In this document: piece after piece, positions 53,480 through 64,000 of the stretch
Position numbering within the stretch: position 1 is the first letter of the stretch
How the letters are laid out: the number at the start of each line of letters is the position of its first letter
Origin: an uncultured Rivularia sp.
GTDB lineage: Bacteria; Cyanobacteriota; Cyanobacteriia; Cyanobacteriales; Nostocaceae
Assembly (NCBI GenBank): GCA_963665115.1
Contig: OY762007.1
Location: forward strand, 2,848,001 to 2,912,000
Length of the DNA: 64,000 nucleotides
Reading direction: 5' to 3'
Program-made: the position numbers and the translations under genes
Notes under the pieces: model-generated
Seen by the model: the letters and a program-made list of their open reading frames with translations, nothing else
What the model was told of the DNA's origin: nothing
The model's database searches: none

Positions 53480-53744
53480 ATACTATTTAAGGAAATAAAT
53501 ATAAAAATTATTTATTTGATAGTTATACTGATAAATTTAAAAATAAATGTTGCTAAAAATTACAATACAAATCTATTAGTTGTACAAAACAAAGGGAAAT
53601 ATCAATCTATTTTGGTTAAACCGATGTATTTCCGATAACTGCATCATAAAAAGCACATCAAAAACCTTAAAAACCCTTATATAAAAACCGGAGAGTGCAT
53701 GATACATTTTTCAAATCCATTGTCTGTACTTTCCGCCCTACATA

Positions 53745-56700
53745 ATGCATTTGCACTATCTAAAACCAGAGCATCTAGAAGAATTAGTCAATAGTAGTGG
53801 CATTGATTTACACCTGGTAAAGCTGAATTTTCGCTCTCTTGAAAACAAGAATGCTTACGATTATCTATTTATTTCCGAGCTTATTCCCCGTACAAATACT
53901 GGAATAGTCAAAAGCTCGTGGCTGGAGCGTTATGCTCACGTACAGCATGGTGGTTGGTGGTGCTCGGGGATTGATGTGCTGAATAATTGGCACATGATGG
54001 AGTGGGGATGCTTCAAGCCAAACCAGCCTCGTATAAATGAAAAAGGCAAATCTATAAAATACGAACATCCTCCTTGTACCCCGACGCGAATATTTTGTCT
54101 GCGAGTACCGTTGCCGATGTGGGAGCAAGTAGCCCAAAGGTACAACGTCAAGCTACCCGAAAAGATTGCGATCGCTTCGGATGGTGCTGCTATCGGTTTC
54201 TGGAAGTGGGTGATGGAACATAATATCCCGGTAATTATCTGCGAAGGTGTGAAGAAGGCAGCCACCCTGTTAACCCAAGGATATGCGGCTATTGGAGTTC
54301 CTGGAATCACCAGCGGTTATCGAGTTGTTAAAGATAAATTTGGTAAAGTTATTCGTCGTCAGTTGATTGCGGATTTAGCAGCTTTTTGTATTACTAAACG
54401 CACTATTTATATTTGTTTTGATTTTGAAACTGAGCTTAAGAAAACTAACGCCGTAAACAACGCCATATCTCAACTCGGTTTATTATTCCAAGAAAAAAAT
54501 TGTCCGGTACAGGTAATTGAATTACCGGGGATGGAAAAGGGTGTTGATGAGTTTATTGTGGCAAAAGGTGCGGTTGCCTTTGAAAAAATTTATCATCAAA
54601 GCCTGGATTTAGAAATTTATCTTGCTCATATTAAACCCCATACTAATTTAACTATTCCACCGGCACTTACTGTCAACCGTCGCTATTTAGGTGAAATACC
54701 TTTTCCCACTTCTGGATTAGTGGGTGTGAAGTCAGCAAAGGGAACTGGAAAAACTACAGCATTACAAGAAGTTGTCAAACAAGCATTAAGTACAAAAAAA
54801 CCCGTTTTATTAATTACTCATAGAATCCAGTTAGGCAAATTTTTGTGCGAAAAAGTAGGGATTAAATGGGGTGTTGGTTATAAAGAATGGGGAATTCAAA
54901 CTTGTAAAAATATTGGTAGTGGGAGCATCTTGCTCCCTAATATTACAGCAAGCGAACATAATGCTCCCACTACGGGATTATGTATTGATTCAATTTGGAA
55001 ACTGAATCCTTCCGATTGGGAAGGGGCGATAATTATTTTAGATGAAGTAGAACAATCTTTATGGCATCTTCTACACAGCACTACTTGTAAAGATAAACGA
55101 GTTAAGATATTAAAATTATTTCAGCAGCTAATTTCTACGGTGTTAACAACTGGAGGATTAGTTATTGCTCAAGATGCTGATTTATCAGATGTTTCTTTAG
55201 AGTATCTCCAAAGATTAGCGGGAATAAAATTAACACCTTGGGTTGTTGTAAACCAATGGAAACCTGAAAAAGCTTGGGATATAACTTTTTATGATTCTCC
55301 TAACCCAACACCGTTAATTCAACAGTTAGAACTAGATTTACTCGCCGGAAGAAAATGTTATATTACTACCGATAGTCGTTCAGGACGTTACAGTAGTGAA
55401 ACAATCGAGCGTTATTTAAGAGAACGTTTGGATAAGTTACGACATTTGTATCCCAAAACTTTGATAGTTAGCAGTCATACTACTAATACACCAGGGCATG
55501 AAGCAGTTGATTTCGTAGCATCAATAAATCAAAAAATTCCTGAATACGATGCAGTTTTTGTTACTCCCAGTTTAGGGACGGGAATAAGTATTGACGTGCA
55601 GCATTTTGACCGAGTTTACGGCATTTTTCAAGGAGTAATTCCAGATTCGGAAGCTAGACAAGCATTAGCAAGAGTACGCGATGATGTACCGCGTGTTGTG
55701 TGGTGCGCGAAGCGGGGAGTTGGTTTAATTGGTAGCGGCAGTAAAAACTATCGATCGCTGTCTTTTTGGTATCAAGAAAATCAAAAAGAAAACCTGGCTT
55801 TATTAAGTCCAATGCATAAAATAGATGTTGATTTACCCTTAGTTTATGACCCTATTCATTTACGAACTTGGGCAAAATTATCGGCAAGAGTAAATGCTTC
55901 AATTAACTTTTATCGTCAATCGATGAAAGAAGGTTTAACGGCTGAAGGACATAATTTATGGGTGCGTACTAACGATATTCAGAAGAATATTATTCGAGAT
56001 TTACGCTATGCATTTTTAGCCACCGATAAAGATGATTCAGCAAATCGGAGAAGGTTGATTCGAGAAATTATCAAAGTAAAAAAAGATTGGGAGCAAAGCC
56101 GTCAAAAATCTCAAGAAATTAATAATAATATCAAGAAAATTAAACAGCAAAATCAATTAGCGGTAGCTGCTGGTGTAACTAATGCTCCAGATATAGATTA
56201 TATAGAATACGAACAGCTATTAAAGAAACATTCTTTGACAGATAACGAACGTCACAAAATCAATAAATACTTTCTCAGAAAAAGATACGGCGTAGAAATT
56301 AATCCTCAGTTGAAATTGCAAGATGATAGAGGATATTACTATCAATTGCGAACCCATTATTACTTAACTCATTCCAGCGACTATTTTCATATAAGAGATA
56401 AACAAGAATGGAATCAACAGTTATCCTGCGGTGAAGGAAAGGTTTTTCTCCCAGACTTAAAAATTTACACTTTGAGAATAGAAGCTTTACGAGCATTAGG
56501 TGTTTTGCAATTACTCGAACCCGGTAGAGAATTTACCGAAAATGATGCCGATTTAATATTGCTGAAAAATACCGCATTGCAGTGCAGCAGACACATTCAG
56601 AGAGCCTTAAATATTAATTTAGCAGTAGAAAACGAGCAGGTTCCCACAATCAAAATTATTCGGCGACTATTTAATTTATTAGGTTTGAAATTGAAGCGAG

Positions 56701-56855
56701 TGAATAATGTATATCGTATCGATAGAGAAACGCTTAATGATGGCAGAGACAAGATATTTTCTGTATGGTGTCAGCGAGATGAATTGATGTTGACGCATTT
56801 GAAAAATGTCGCCGATTCTCGGGTAGAAATGAAGAGTGAAGTTGTTTTCAACTAG
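53745..56855 (+). CDS. CyRepA1-type replication protein (DUF3854/TOPRIM-like plus helicase-like domain)
   Basis: IKYEHPP, IICEGVKKA, ICFD, KGVDEF, Walker A SAKGTGKT, ILDEVEQ, SLGTGISID and QALARVR. Confidence 0.85.
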   Translation: MHLHYLKPEHLEELVNSSGIDLHLVKLNFRSLENKNAYDYLFISELIPRTNTGIVKSSWLERYAHVQHGGWWCSGIDVLNNWHMMEWGCFKPNQPRINEKGKSIKYEHPPCTPTRIFCLRVPLPMWEQVAQRYNVKLPEKIAIASDGAAIGFWKWVMEHNIPVIICEGVKKAATLLTQGYAAIGVPGITSGYRVVKDKFGKVIRRQLIADLAAFCITKRTIYICFDFETELKKTNAVNNAISQLGLLFQEKNCPVQVIELPGMEKGVDEFIVAKGAVAFEKIYHQSLDLEIYLAHIKPHTNLTIPPALTVNRRYLGEIPFPTSGLVGVKSAKGTGKTTALQEVVKQALSTKKPVLLITHRIQLGKFLCEKVGIKWGVGYKEWGIQTCKNIGSGSILLPNITASEHNAPTTGLCIDSIWKLNPSDWEGAIIILDEVEQSLWHLLHSTTCKDKRVKILKLFQQLISTVLTTGGLVIAQDADLSDVSLEYLQRLAGIKLTPWVVVNQWKPEKAWDITFYDSPNPTPLIQQLELDLLAGRKCYITTDSRSGRYSSETIERYLRERLDKLRHLYPKTLIVSSHTTNTPGHEAVDFVASINQKIPEYDAVFVTPSLGTGISIDVQHFDRVYGIFQGVIPDSEARQALARVRDDVPRVVWCAKRGVGLIGSGSKNYRSLSFWYQENQKENLALLSPMHKIDVDLPLVYDPIHLRTWAKLSARVNASINFYRQSMKEGLTAEGHNLWVRTNDIQKNIIRDLRYAFLATDKDDSANRRRLIREIIKVKKDWEQSRQKSQEINNNIKKIKQQNQLAVAAGVTNAPDIDYIEYEQLLKKHSLTDNERHKINKYFLRKRYGVEINPQLKLQDDRGYYYQLRTHYYLTHSSDYFHIRDKQEWNQQLSCGEGKVFLPDLKIYTLRIEALRALGVLQLLEPGREFTENDADLILLKNTALQCSRHIQRALNINLAVENEQVPTIKIIRRLFNLLGLKLKRVNNVYRIDRETLNDGRDKIFSVWCQRDELMLTHLKNVADSRVEMKSEVVFN

Positions 56856-56962
56856 TATCTTGGATTATTCTCAATAAGCCTCGTAAACCGCCTGGGAATG
56901 AATTCCAAGGCTCACAAACAAACTCGTCTAAAGACGACTGAATAAGCATTTTACTTTTAACT

Positions 56963-57105
56963 GACATCTTGCACCTCAATCAAAACCGCCGGAGCTTGCA
57001 AACCCCCGTCTCATAGCGATAGTGCGTTTTAACGTACTTTGTATATTAGCCTGGGAATTTATTCCAAGGCGGATTTTCGGGCTTAATAGGAATGGTGCAA
57101 GATGT
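56963..57105. mobile_element. MITE-like element with ACATCTTGCACC terminal inverted repeats
   Basis: gacatcttgcacc...ggtgcaagatgt; the internal GCCTGGGAATTTATTCCAAGGC palindrome has a relative near 56890. Confidence 0.55.
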
Positions 57106-57373
57106 GAATTTTAACGTAATTATACTTATGTATGTGCAGCCCTGAAATTGACAAGGTAAGAATTCGGGCTTAATAAGAATTGCACAAAATGCGAAATGTA
57201 ATAAAAATCTTTAATCATATCAAACCAGCGTATCCCGAATAATAAAAAAACTATATAATTATTGCTAGCTAACATAGGCTAAATTTTATTAAACTAAAAA
57301 CCCGATTTCCGGGAAACTACCGTCGAAAAGTCCGTCAAACATATATAAATCGAACCAGATTATTATAAGAAGC

Positions 57374-58541
57374 ATGAAATTCCGTTTTTACAATCCTTCA
57401 ATGTTATCCCAGATAAAAGTGCGCCATTGGTGGCTCGGAGTACTGTTGTGGATGTTTTTGATTGTCCCTGCACAAGCATCGGTAATTATGCGCGTGGCAA
57501 TTAAACGGGATGTGAAGCAAGTCAAAGTTGGCAGCTCCACAGCTGCGGTTATCAAAGATGGTAGCGGAAATTCATTAGGAGAATTACCAGCTAGAGAAGC
57601 TTACTACGCTCAAGCAGTTTCCGGTGGAGTCGCTCTAAATAAATGGAAATCTCCTTTATTCTGGATTGAACCTAAAGGTAAAGGATTTGTTTATATAGGC
57701 GATAAGTGGTATCGGGGTAGAACCTTAGTTATTCCTACAGAAAAAGGACTAACCGCAGTTAACTGGGTTGATTTAGAAGAATATCTCTACAGCGTTTTAG
57801 GTGGCGAAATGGATGCGAGATGGCATCCCGAAGCCCTTAAAGCTCAAGCCATAGCTGCTCGTAGTTACGCCCTTTACAGAAGGCAGAAACAGCAATCTAA
57901 TCCTTTATATGATGTCGGAGCTTCCCCCGATAAATGGCAGATTTACTCAGGAGTTGCTAGGGAACATCCCAAAATTTACGGCGCAGTAGATGCCACAGCA
58001 GGGCAAGTATTAACCCATAACAATCAAATTATTGAATCAGTATTTCATGCTTGTTCTGGCGGGACATACCGAAAACGTAGAAGAAGTTTGGGGTAACAAT
58101 TTACCTTACCTACGCGGGGTTCCGGACTTTGACATGAATACCCCCAATCTTTCTAAAATTGCCCCTAAATGCCAATGGCAAAAAAGTTTTTCATCTGCAC
58201 AAATTGGTAAAAAATTTCCCGAAGTCGGCGATGTCAAGGAAATTAAACCTGTAGAGTGGTCAAAATTTAACAGCGTGAAAAAATTAGAGATTATTGGTGA
58301 AAAAGGCACTAAAGAGTTAAAAGGAGAGCAAGTTCGTACCGCACTCAAGCTCAACAGCACCCGCTTCGTCGTTAGTAAAGCTGAAAATGGTTCATTCGTA
58401 TTGCAAGGGCGTGGTTGGGGACATGGTTTAGGAATGAGTCAATATGGAGCAAGATATTTAGCCAGCCAAGGCTACAACCATCTACAAATTTTGAATCATT
58501 ATTATAAGAATGTCGCTTTAGCGCCGATTGAAGTTAAGTAA
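57374..58541 (+). CDS. SpoIID/LytB domain protein; apparent +1 frameshift at 58061-58063
   Basis: LEEYLYSV, EALKAQAIAARSYA and GWGHGLGMSQYGA. Deleting one G restores CSGGHTENV. Confidence 0.9.
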
Positions 58542-58599
58542 ATCAATTATCAATTATCAATGAACAATTATCAGTTACCAATTGTTCATTGATAATTGT

Positions 58600-59892
58600 T
58601 CATTGTTTATTGTTTCCTTCCTCCAAACGTTTCTGCCATTCTGCGTCGATTTTTGCGGAATTTTCTATTTCTTGTTCGATTAAACTGGTTTCGGTGGAGT
58701 AAGCTAAGTTTTCTTTGCCGATAACTGTGTTTGTGGCAAACTGATGAGCAAAGTTGATTTTTTGCTGCAACTTTTCATCCGCACTAGCTATTAGCTTTGC
58801 TCGTGATTGACGCTGAGTATTGCGATCGCCAATTTTTTCGTTACGCCATTGTATCCAGAAGTACCGTATCAAAGGTATTGCTAGAAAACCTACACCGTAA
58901 GCTAGCAGCAACCAATAAATACCTTGTGCGAAAGCAACCAGCCCTCCAATTTGTGCTGCTACGGTACCATCTCGTAATAAGCTTCCTAACATTAAAGCGC
59001 CGATTAAATTTACTCCTCCCAATCCAGCGCTCAACATTACTTGTGAGGAAGTTGCTTTACTAAAGCGCCAAGAAAATTCTCTGAGAAAAGCTGGGATTGA
59101 TTGAGAATTTTTTTGTTTCGCAGTTACCTGTAATTCCGGAAAAGAATAGACAATTTCACCATCAGGACTCACCGCTGGTTTTCCGTTGAACTTTGTCAGG
59201 ACCGGCAGCATATAATCTTCGTATTCTTGTTGATATGTCTCGCCAATGTTATCCAAATAAGGTGTAATTTGTTCGGCTACAACCGCACCATCGTTATTAC
59301 GAATTACAGTTGCAATCTCCTGCCAGCGGCGTTCCTCAAGATTTGCATTAGGATTTCCATCGCCAAACAAGAACGAAAATACAGCTTCAAAAAAATTTAA
59401 ATCGCTCTTCTCGCGTCGTCGTCCGTGGCTGCGATACCCAGTATTATAATTTGGGCTAAAGAACCAAAATAAATCTGGAAAATAGAAAAAGCCTATACCA
59501 CCGCCAAAACCACCTCCATCATCATCGCGGTCGGATGAAGAAGCAAGAATCATCGTAATCGCGATAGTAATTAAAGCGATAGAAGCAATTAAGACAATTC
59601 CAAAAGATATCCTAATTAAATAAAATAAAATCTTCCAGACCTTATTCCACCATTCCTGTAGCTGTAATTTAAAATATTTATTTTTTAATACATTACGAAA
59701 ATTACGTGGAAAAAGGTAAACAACATCACCTGTATCCGCAACTTGCAAATGTCCCCCAGCATCAGTTGCAAGCGCCAACAAACCTTGATTAGCCATTTCA
59801 ATATTTAATCCAGCCTGGGTAGCCACATCGCCAACAGTTACCCGATAATTCAACTTTTCCACAGCTTGCATGATAGCGGGATTGGGAGCCAT
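58600..59892 (-). CDS. Conserved cyanobacterial/plastid-type membrane protein of unknown function
   Basis: RVTVGDVA and FSFLFGDGNPN motifs, with TM segments. Confidence 0.75.
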   Translation of the reverse strand: MAPNPAIMQAVEKLNYRVTVGDVATQAGLNIEMANQGLLALATDAGGHLQVADTGDVVYLFPRNFRNVLKNKYFKLQLQEWWNKVWKILFYLIRISFGIVLIASIALITIAITMILASSSDRDDDGGGFGGGIGFFYFPDLFWFFSPNYNTGYRSHGRRREKSDLNFFEAVFSFLFGDGNPNANLEERRWQEIATVIRNNDGAVVAEQITPYLDNIGETYQQEYEDYMLPVLTKFNGKPAVSPDGEIVYSFPELQVTAKQKNSQSIPAFLREFSWRFSKATSSQVMLSAGLGGVNLIGALMLGSLLRDGTVAAQIGGLVAFAQGIYWLLLAYGVGFLAIPLIRYFWIQWRNEKIGDRNTQRQSRAKLIASADEKLQQKINFAHQFATNTVIGKENLAYSTETSLIEQEIENSAKIDAEWQKRLEEGNNKQ

Positions 59893-60092
59893 TTCTCGAC
59901 CCTCCTTTTTTAGAATTGTTCTATTTTAAGTATAAAGTTTTCTAGATGGGGGAGAGGGGGAGACAAGGAGAGAGGGGGGAGAGGGGGGAGAGGGGGGAGA
60001 AAAAATTATGAGTTAAAAGTTATAAAACCATTTGTAGTGGGAGCATCTTGCTCCCTCGTTGTTTTAAATACGAATAAAAAAATCATGCATAC

Positions 60093-60244
60093 CCAATTAC
60101 CAATTACCAATTACCAATTACCAATTACCAATTACCAATTACCAATTACCAATTACCAATCCTCAATTACCAATCCTCAATTACCAATGCCCCATCCCCC
60201 ATGCCCAATTACCAATTACCAATTACCAATCCCCCATGCCCAAT
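60093..60244. repeat. STRR heptamer tract (CCAATTA)n/(CCCCATG)n
   Basis: About 20 tandem heptamers; similar tracts near 10945-11025, 22636-22680 and 61703-61796. Confidence 0.9.
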
Positions 60245-61178
60245 TTACCGTCTTCTCGGTACTTCATAGGTCATGAAGTCATAAGCCATTTTGGTGTTGG
60301 GGAAAATTGCTTGACCTTCTTCAAGTAAGTCTTTTAGTTCAATGGCATTTCCTGGGGCGTAACGAGGGCTAAAATGACTCATGATTAAGTTTCGTGCGCC
60401 TGCTGCTAAAGCCGTTTGCGCTGCCATTGTGGATGTGGAATGCAGTCTATCGAAAGCCATTTGCGAATCTTGATGGGCAAAAGTGGCTTCGTGAATCAAT
60501 ACGTCGGCATCTTTTGCTAAGTCAACTGCATTTTCACAGAAAACCGTGTCGGTACAATAGGCTACTTTACGCCCAATTTCTGTGGGGGCCGCATAAGTCG
60601 GAACCGTTGATAACTCTTCCATCTTTTAAAGTTACGGTTTCACCACGTTTGAGTTGGCCGTAAATTCTACCTGCCGGAATTTCTAAGGCTTTGGCTTTCT
60701 CTACATCAAATCTTCCCGCTCGGTTTTTTTCTTCTATACGATAGCCATAAGCTGTAATTCTGTGATGCAAAATATCGCAGCTAACTTTGAATTCGGAATC
60801 TTCATAAACTACCCCCGGACGAACAGCATGAACTTTCACCGGGTAAGAAAAGTGGGTATGAGAATAACGCCTACAGGCTTGCAAATATTCGTTTAAACCT
60901 TGCGGCCCATAAATATCAACGCGACGTACATTCCCAGCCAAACCGCAACTAGCAAGCAAGCCCATCAAGCCAAATATATGGTCGCCATGCATATGGGTAA
61001 CAAAAATTCGGGAGAGTTGACTCATTTTTAAGTCACTCCGTAATATCTGATGTTGAGTACCTTCACCACAGTCGAATAACCATAGTTCTGCTCTTTGCGG
61101 CAATCTAAGGGCAACACTAGATACATTGCGCGACCTTGTGGGTACCCCAGAACTTGTCCCTAAAAATGTTATCTGCAC
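60245..61178 (-). CDS. rnz: Ribonuclease Z; apparent +1 frameshift at 60584-60588
   Basis: [28 protein letters not shown] and HFSPRY. Deleting one base restores LCGPTEIGRK. Confidence 0.93.
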
Positions 61179-61283
61179 AGCCTTTTGTTGTGATTTTTAT
61201 AATTTAATTTACTGTCTTCATCTATATAATGACACTCCCAATTACCAATTACCAATTATCAACTATCAATTACCAATTACCAA

Positions 61284-61700
61284 TTACCCATCTTTTAAAA
61301 GACTATCGCGAATTTTAGTTAATTTATTTTGAGACACAATAGGTTCTCGTGGTGGTGGAAGTTCGGTATTAGGCCAATTTGAGACATCATTACAAGGACA
61401 TAACAAAGAAGGCATACCTAAATTTTTCAAAGGAACCGGCATATCGCAACGAGAACAAGAAGCCATATCCCATTCAGGTGAAAGTAATTCAGCAACAGTT
61501 TGTTGAGTTCCTTCTAAATAACATTCACCCGATTTAGATGAGAGAACCTTCTGCCAGCATTCCTCAAACTCATCACTATAGCGATCGCCATTAACAACGT
61601 TACCGGGCTGCAAGCTTGCCGCACCATTATTTATAAAAACTTTCTTACCCAACTGAAACCAATAAGCCAGGTATTTTTTAACTTCTGTTTTAGATGCCAT
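61284..61700 (-). CDS. Conserved cyanobacterial hypothetical protein (start taken at MASK)
   Basis: VKKYLAYWFQLGK and CSRCDMP; the upstream extension in the ORF track is translated STRR. Confidence 0.75.
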   Translation of the reverse strand: MASKTEVKKYLAYWFQLGKKVFINNGAASLQPGNVVNGDRYSDEFEECWQKVLSSKSGECYLEGTQQTVAELLSPEWDMASCSRCDMPVPLKNLGMPSLLCPCNDVSNWPNTELPPPREPIVSQNKLTKIRDSLLKDG

Positions 61701-61824
61701 ATTTAGATTTTGGATTTTAGATTTTGGATTTTGGATTGTGAATAAACACTTCAGGATTGGGGATTGGTAATTGGTAATTGGTAATTGGTAATTGGTCATT
61801 GAATAAATTTCTCCCCATCTCCCA

Positions 61825-62364
61825 TCAAGAAGGTAAACGGCTACCAAGTACGCTCAGATTCAGAACATGACCTCCGGTAACTAAGTATGTAGTCTGGGCG
61901 ATCGCACCTAGTTTGCGGGTTAATGAACCAAGTCGATCCCGAAAGGTTTGACCGACGGGATAGGCTGGTACTACTCCCCATCCGGTTTCTTCGGCGACAA
62001 AAATCATTTCTGCTGCAACTAGTTGTACTGTTTCTAAAAATTCTTCAACGATTTCAAGCCAGGAAATATCGTCTTTTTCGATGTGATTTGCGACCCAAGT
62101 TCCTAGAGAATCTACTAGTAAGACGGTATTTGGTTTGGTATCACTTAAAGTCGCGGATAATTCAAAAGGTACTTCTAAGGTTATCCAGGTTTGGGGACGG
62201 CGATTTTTATGCTGTATTATACGTTGCTGCCATTGTAGATCGTCGGGCGATAAGAGTGCTGTTGCTACATAGACCACTTTTTTATTAGACTGGTTAGCTA
62301 AAGCTTCTGCCCATTCGCTTTTTCCAGAGCGTGCGGGGCCAGTGACAAGGATAACTTTACTCAA
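61825..62364 (-). CDS. cobU: Adenosylcobinamide kinase/phosphate guanylyltransferase (TTG start)
   Basis: LVTGPARSGKS, RIIQHKNRRP, EETGWGVVP and FRDRLG motifs. Confidence 0.92.
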   Translation of the reverse strand: MSKVILVTGPARSGKSEWAEALANQSNKKVVYVATALLSPDDLQWQQRIIQHKNRRPQTWITLEVPFELSATLSDTKPNTVLLVDSLGTWVANHIEKDDISWLEIVEEFLETVQLVAAEMIFVAEETGWGVVPAYPVGQTFRDRLGSLTRKLGAIAQTTYLVTGGHVLNLSVLGSRLPS

Positions 62365-62580
62365 AACCGTTTCCTCAGTATCTTTAATAAGGTAGGGTTG
62401 CCCCAAATTTCTGTATTTTTTACCCCAAGGGTATGATTTTTGGTTACAAATAACTTTTAATAGATAAAAATACAACAGATCGGGGTTAGTGCGACTAATG
62501 GCAAGACTTTAAAATTCAACCCTAACTCGTTTGAGCGTTGTATAACTGCACCAAGACATGAACTTTCACCGAATATTTCT

Positions 62581-63384
62581 ATGAAAGCAGGTTTAAAGCG
62601 TATAGAGGAAACTTTGCAGGATTTGGACATTCGCGTTACAAATCCTATTGATGAGAATGGCAACGATAATGGTTCTCTTCAAGAATCTTTATCGTTTCGT
62701 ATTAGTGAAAGAGCAAATGAATCTACTGAAGGTGTAACGGAATCATCTTCAAAAGAGGTTATCGAACATTCTCCCATCGACAAAGTTGTAGAAGACTTTT
62801 CAGAAGAAGATAACTCAGTTCAGACTTTTTCAGCACAAGATGAGGACATTAAAGCTCCGAGTCTTCCTAAATTCAAAACTCCTAGCTTCAGCAGTCACCG
62901 TAATGCTCCTAATCCAGCCGTGGCATCTAATGTCTTGCAAGAAATTCAACAAATTGCAACTGGTTGGCAAACTGAATTACACAAAATTTTACGACAAATT
63001 CAGGATCTTTACTTACAAGGTCCGATTGTGAATGGCTGGTTGGAATCTCACTCGATTGAACCACAACCAGAAGCCACTGCAACCCTGCGTCATGCTGAAG
63101 TCGATCGCTTGATGGACTACGTAGAAGAAATTTGCGCCCAGCAAGAAGCACAGCCCTCATCCAAATCTTCACGTACTGGCTATCGCTTGTGCGGTTTGGA
63201 TGCTTCTGGTGAAGTTTGGTCCCGCCCATGTCCGCCGGAACAAGTTCCAGGGGTTAGTATGGCGATCGCCCGCTATCAGCAATTACGCCAATACCTAGAA
63301 CGCAAGCAGAAATTAGAAAATCGCTTGAACCAATTAGCGGAAACTCTAGTAGTTCTACACGGTCATATTAAACAACAAAAATAA
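62581..63384 (+). CDS. Conserved cyanobacterial hypothetical protein
   Basis: 267 aa; LYLQGPIVNGWLES and GYRLCGLD; coiled-coil C-terminus. Confidence 0.7.
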   Translation: MKAGLKRIEETLQDLDIRVTNPIDENGNDNGSLQESLSFRISERANESTEGVTESSSKEVIEHSPIDKVVEDFSEEDNSVQTFSAQDEDIKAPSLPKFKTPSFSSHRNAPNPAVASNVLQEIQQIATGWQTELHKILRQIQDLYLQGPIVNGWLESHSIEPQPEATATLRHAEVDRLMDYVEEICAQQEAQPSSKSSRTGYRLCGLDASGEVWSRPCPPEQVPGVSMAIARYQQLRQYLERKQKLENRLNQLAETLVVLHGHIKQQK

Positions 63385-63580
63385 AGTTTTTACAGTTAAT
63401 CAAACTCAATAAAACTTATATCCGAAAAAACTCGGTTGGTGTGTATAAAATTTTTAGTTAAGATTCTGTGCAGGCGGATATTGAATTTTAGCGATCGCGC
63501 TTTGTGAAATAGCAATAAAGCTACAATCAATTAGCGCTTTGCTTTCTCCAACTTCGGCTCTCTCTAAAATCGTAATAAAA

Positions 63581-64000
63581 ATGCCAGACACGCAAATTTC
63601 TGCCATTATCTGTACTCACAATCGAGATAATTATCTGGGCGCTGCCATAGATAGCCTTTTGTCGCAGAATTTTGCCTTCTGCTTTGAAGTGGTAGTCATA
63701 GATAATGGCTCAAAAGATAATACCAAGCAAGTCGTAGAAAAAAGATTAGACGATTCGCGTCTTAAGTATATTTACGAGCCAGTATTGGGATTGTCTGTAG
63801 CTCGAAATACGGGTACTAAAGCTTCTAAAGGTGAAGTTTTAGCATATCTTGATGATGACGCTGTAGCAAGCGAAGGTTGGTTGCAAGTTCTCTATGAAGC
63901 CTTTGAAAGTAACTCTAAATTAGCAATTGCTGGTGGTAAAGTTACGTTATTGTGGCCGGAACAAACCCTACCACCTCGTTGGCTATCACCAGGATTAGCG
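63581..64000 (+). CDS. Family 2 glycosyltransferase (runs off the window edge)
   Basis: ISAIICTHNR, VIDNGSKD, GLSVARNTG and AYLDDD motifs. Confidence 0.9.
   Translation, partial: MPDTQISAIICTHNRDNYLGAAIDSLLSQNFAFCFEVVVIDNGSKDNTKQVVEKRLDDSRLKYIYEPVLGLSVARNTGTKASKGEVLAYLDDDAVASEGWLQVLYEAFESNSKLAIAGGKVTLLWPEQTLPPRWLSPGLA

Noticed and set aside
53453..53638. 61-aa AT-rich ORF upstream of CyRepA1
   Set aside because: It starts inside the direct repeat, has low-complexity I/K/N composition and has no clear RBS.
47579..56855. Integrated plasmid or prophage around CyRepA1
   Set aside because: No integrase, partition, conjugation or phage genes are present, no tRNA attachment site was seen, and host repeats and HIP1 occur inside the rep gene.

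Overview
Chromosomal window of a filamentous, probably heterocystous cyanobacterium (Nostocales; Rivularia/Calothrix-like is an inference). Evidence: frequent HIP1 (GCGATCGC), heptameric STRR tracts, and psb30, raf1, chlB, ycf37, rpmI-rplT, menG, recJ, clpC, rnz and cobU. Housekeeping genes alternate with accessory modules. These include an AsnB-like amidotransferase plus an unusual methyltransferase with structured intergenic sequence; a sigma-like/DUF1822/membrane-anchored CHAT protease cluster; a FIST-histidine kinase pair; a secreted matrixin-like protease plus a possible TIMP-like partner between 85-bp direct repeats; a DUF433/DUF5615 toxin-antitoxin pair with a broken toxin; and a chromosomal CyRepA1-type replication protein. 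Several families of small GTAG-type REP, MITE-like and SDR-like repeats are present, some nested and some translated in frame. Five genes carry +1 slips in short base runs (probably sequencing errors) and two carry in-frame TAA stops. No rRNA, tRNA, CRISPR array, transposase or integrase was seen. Family assignments come from recalled motifs, not database searches.
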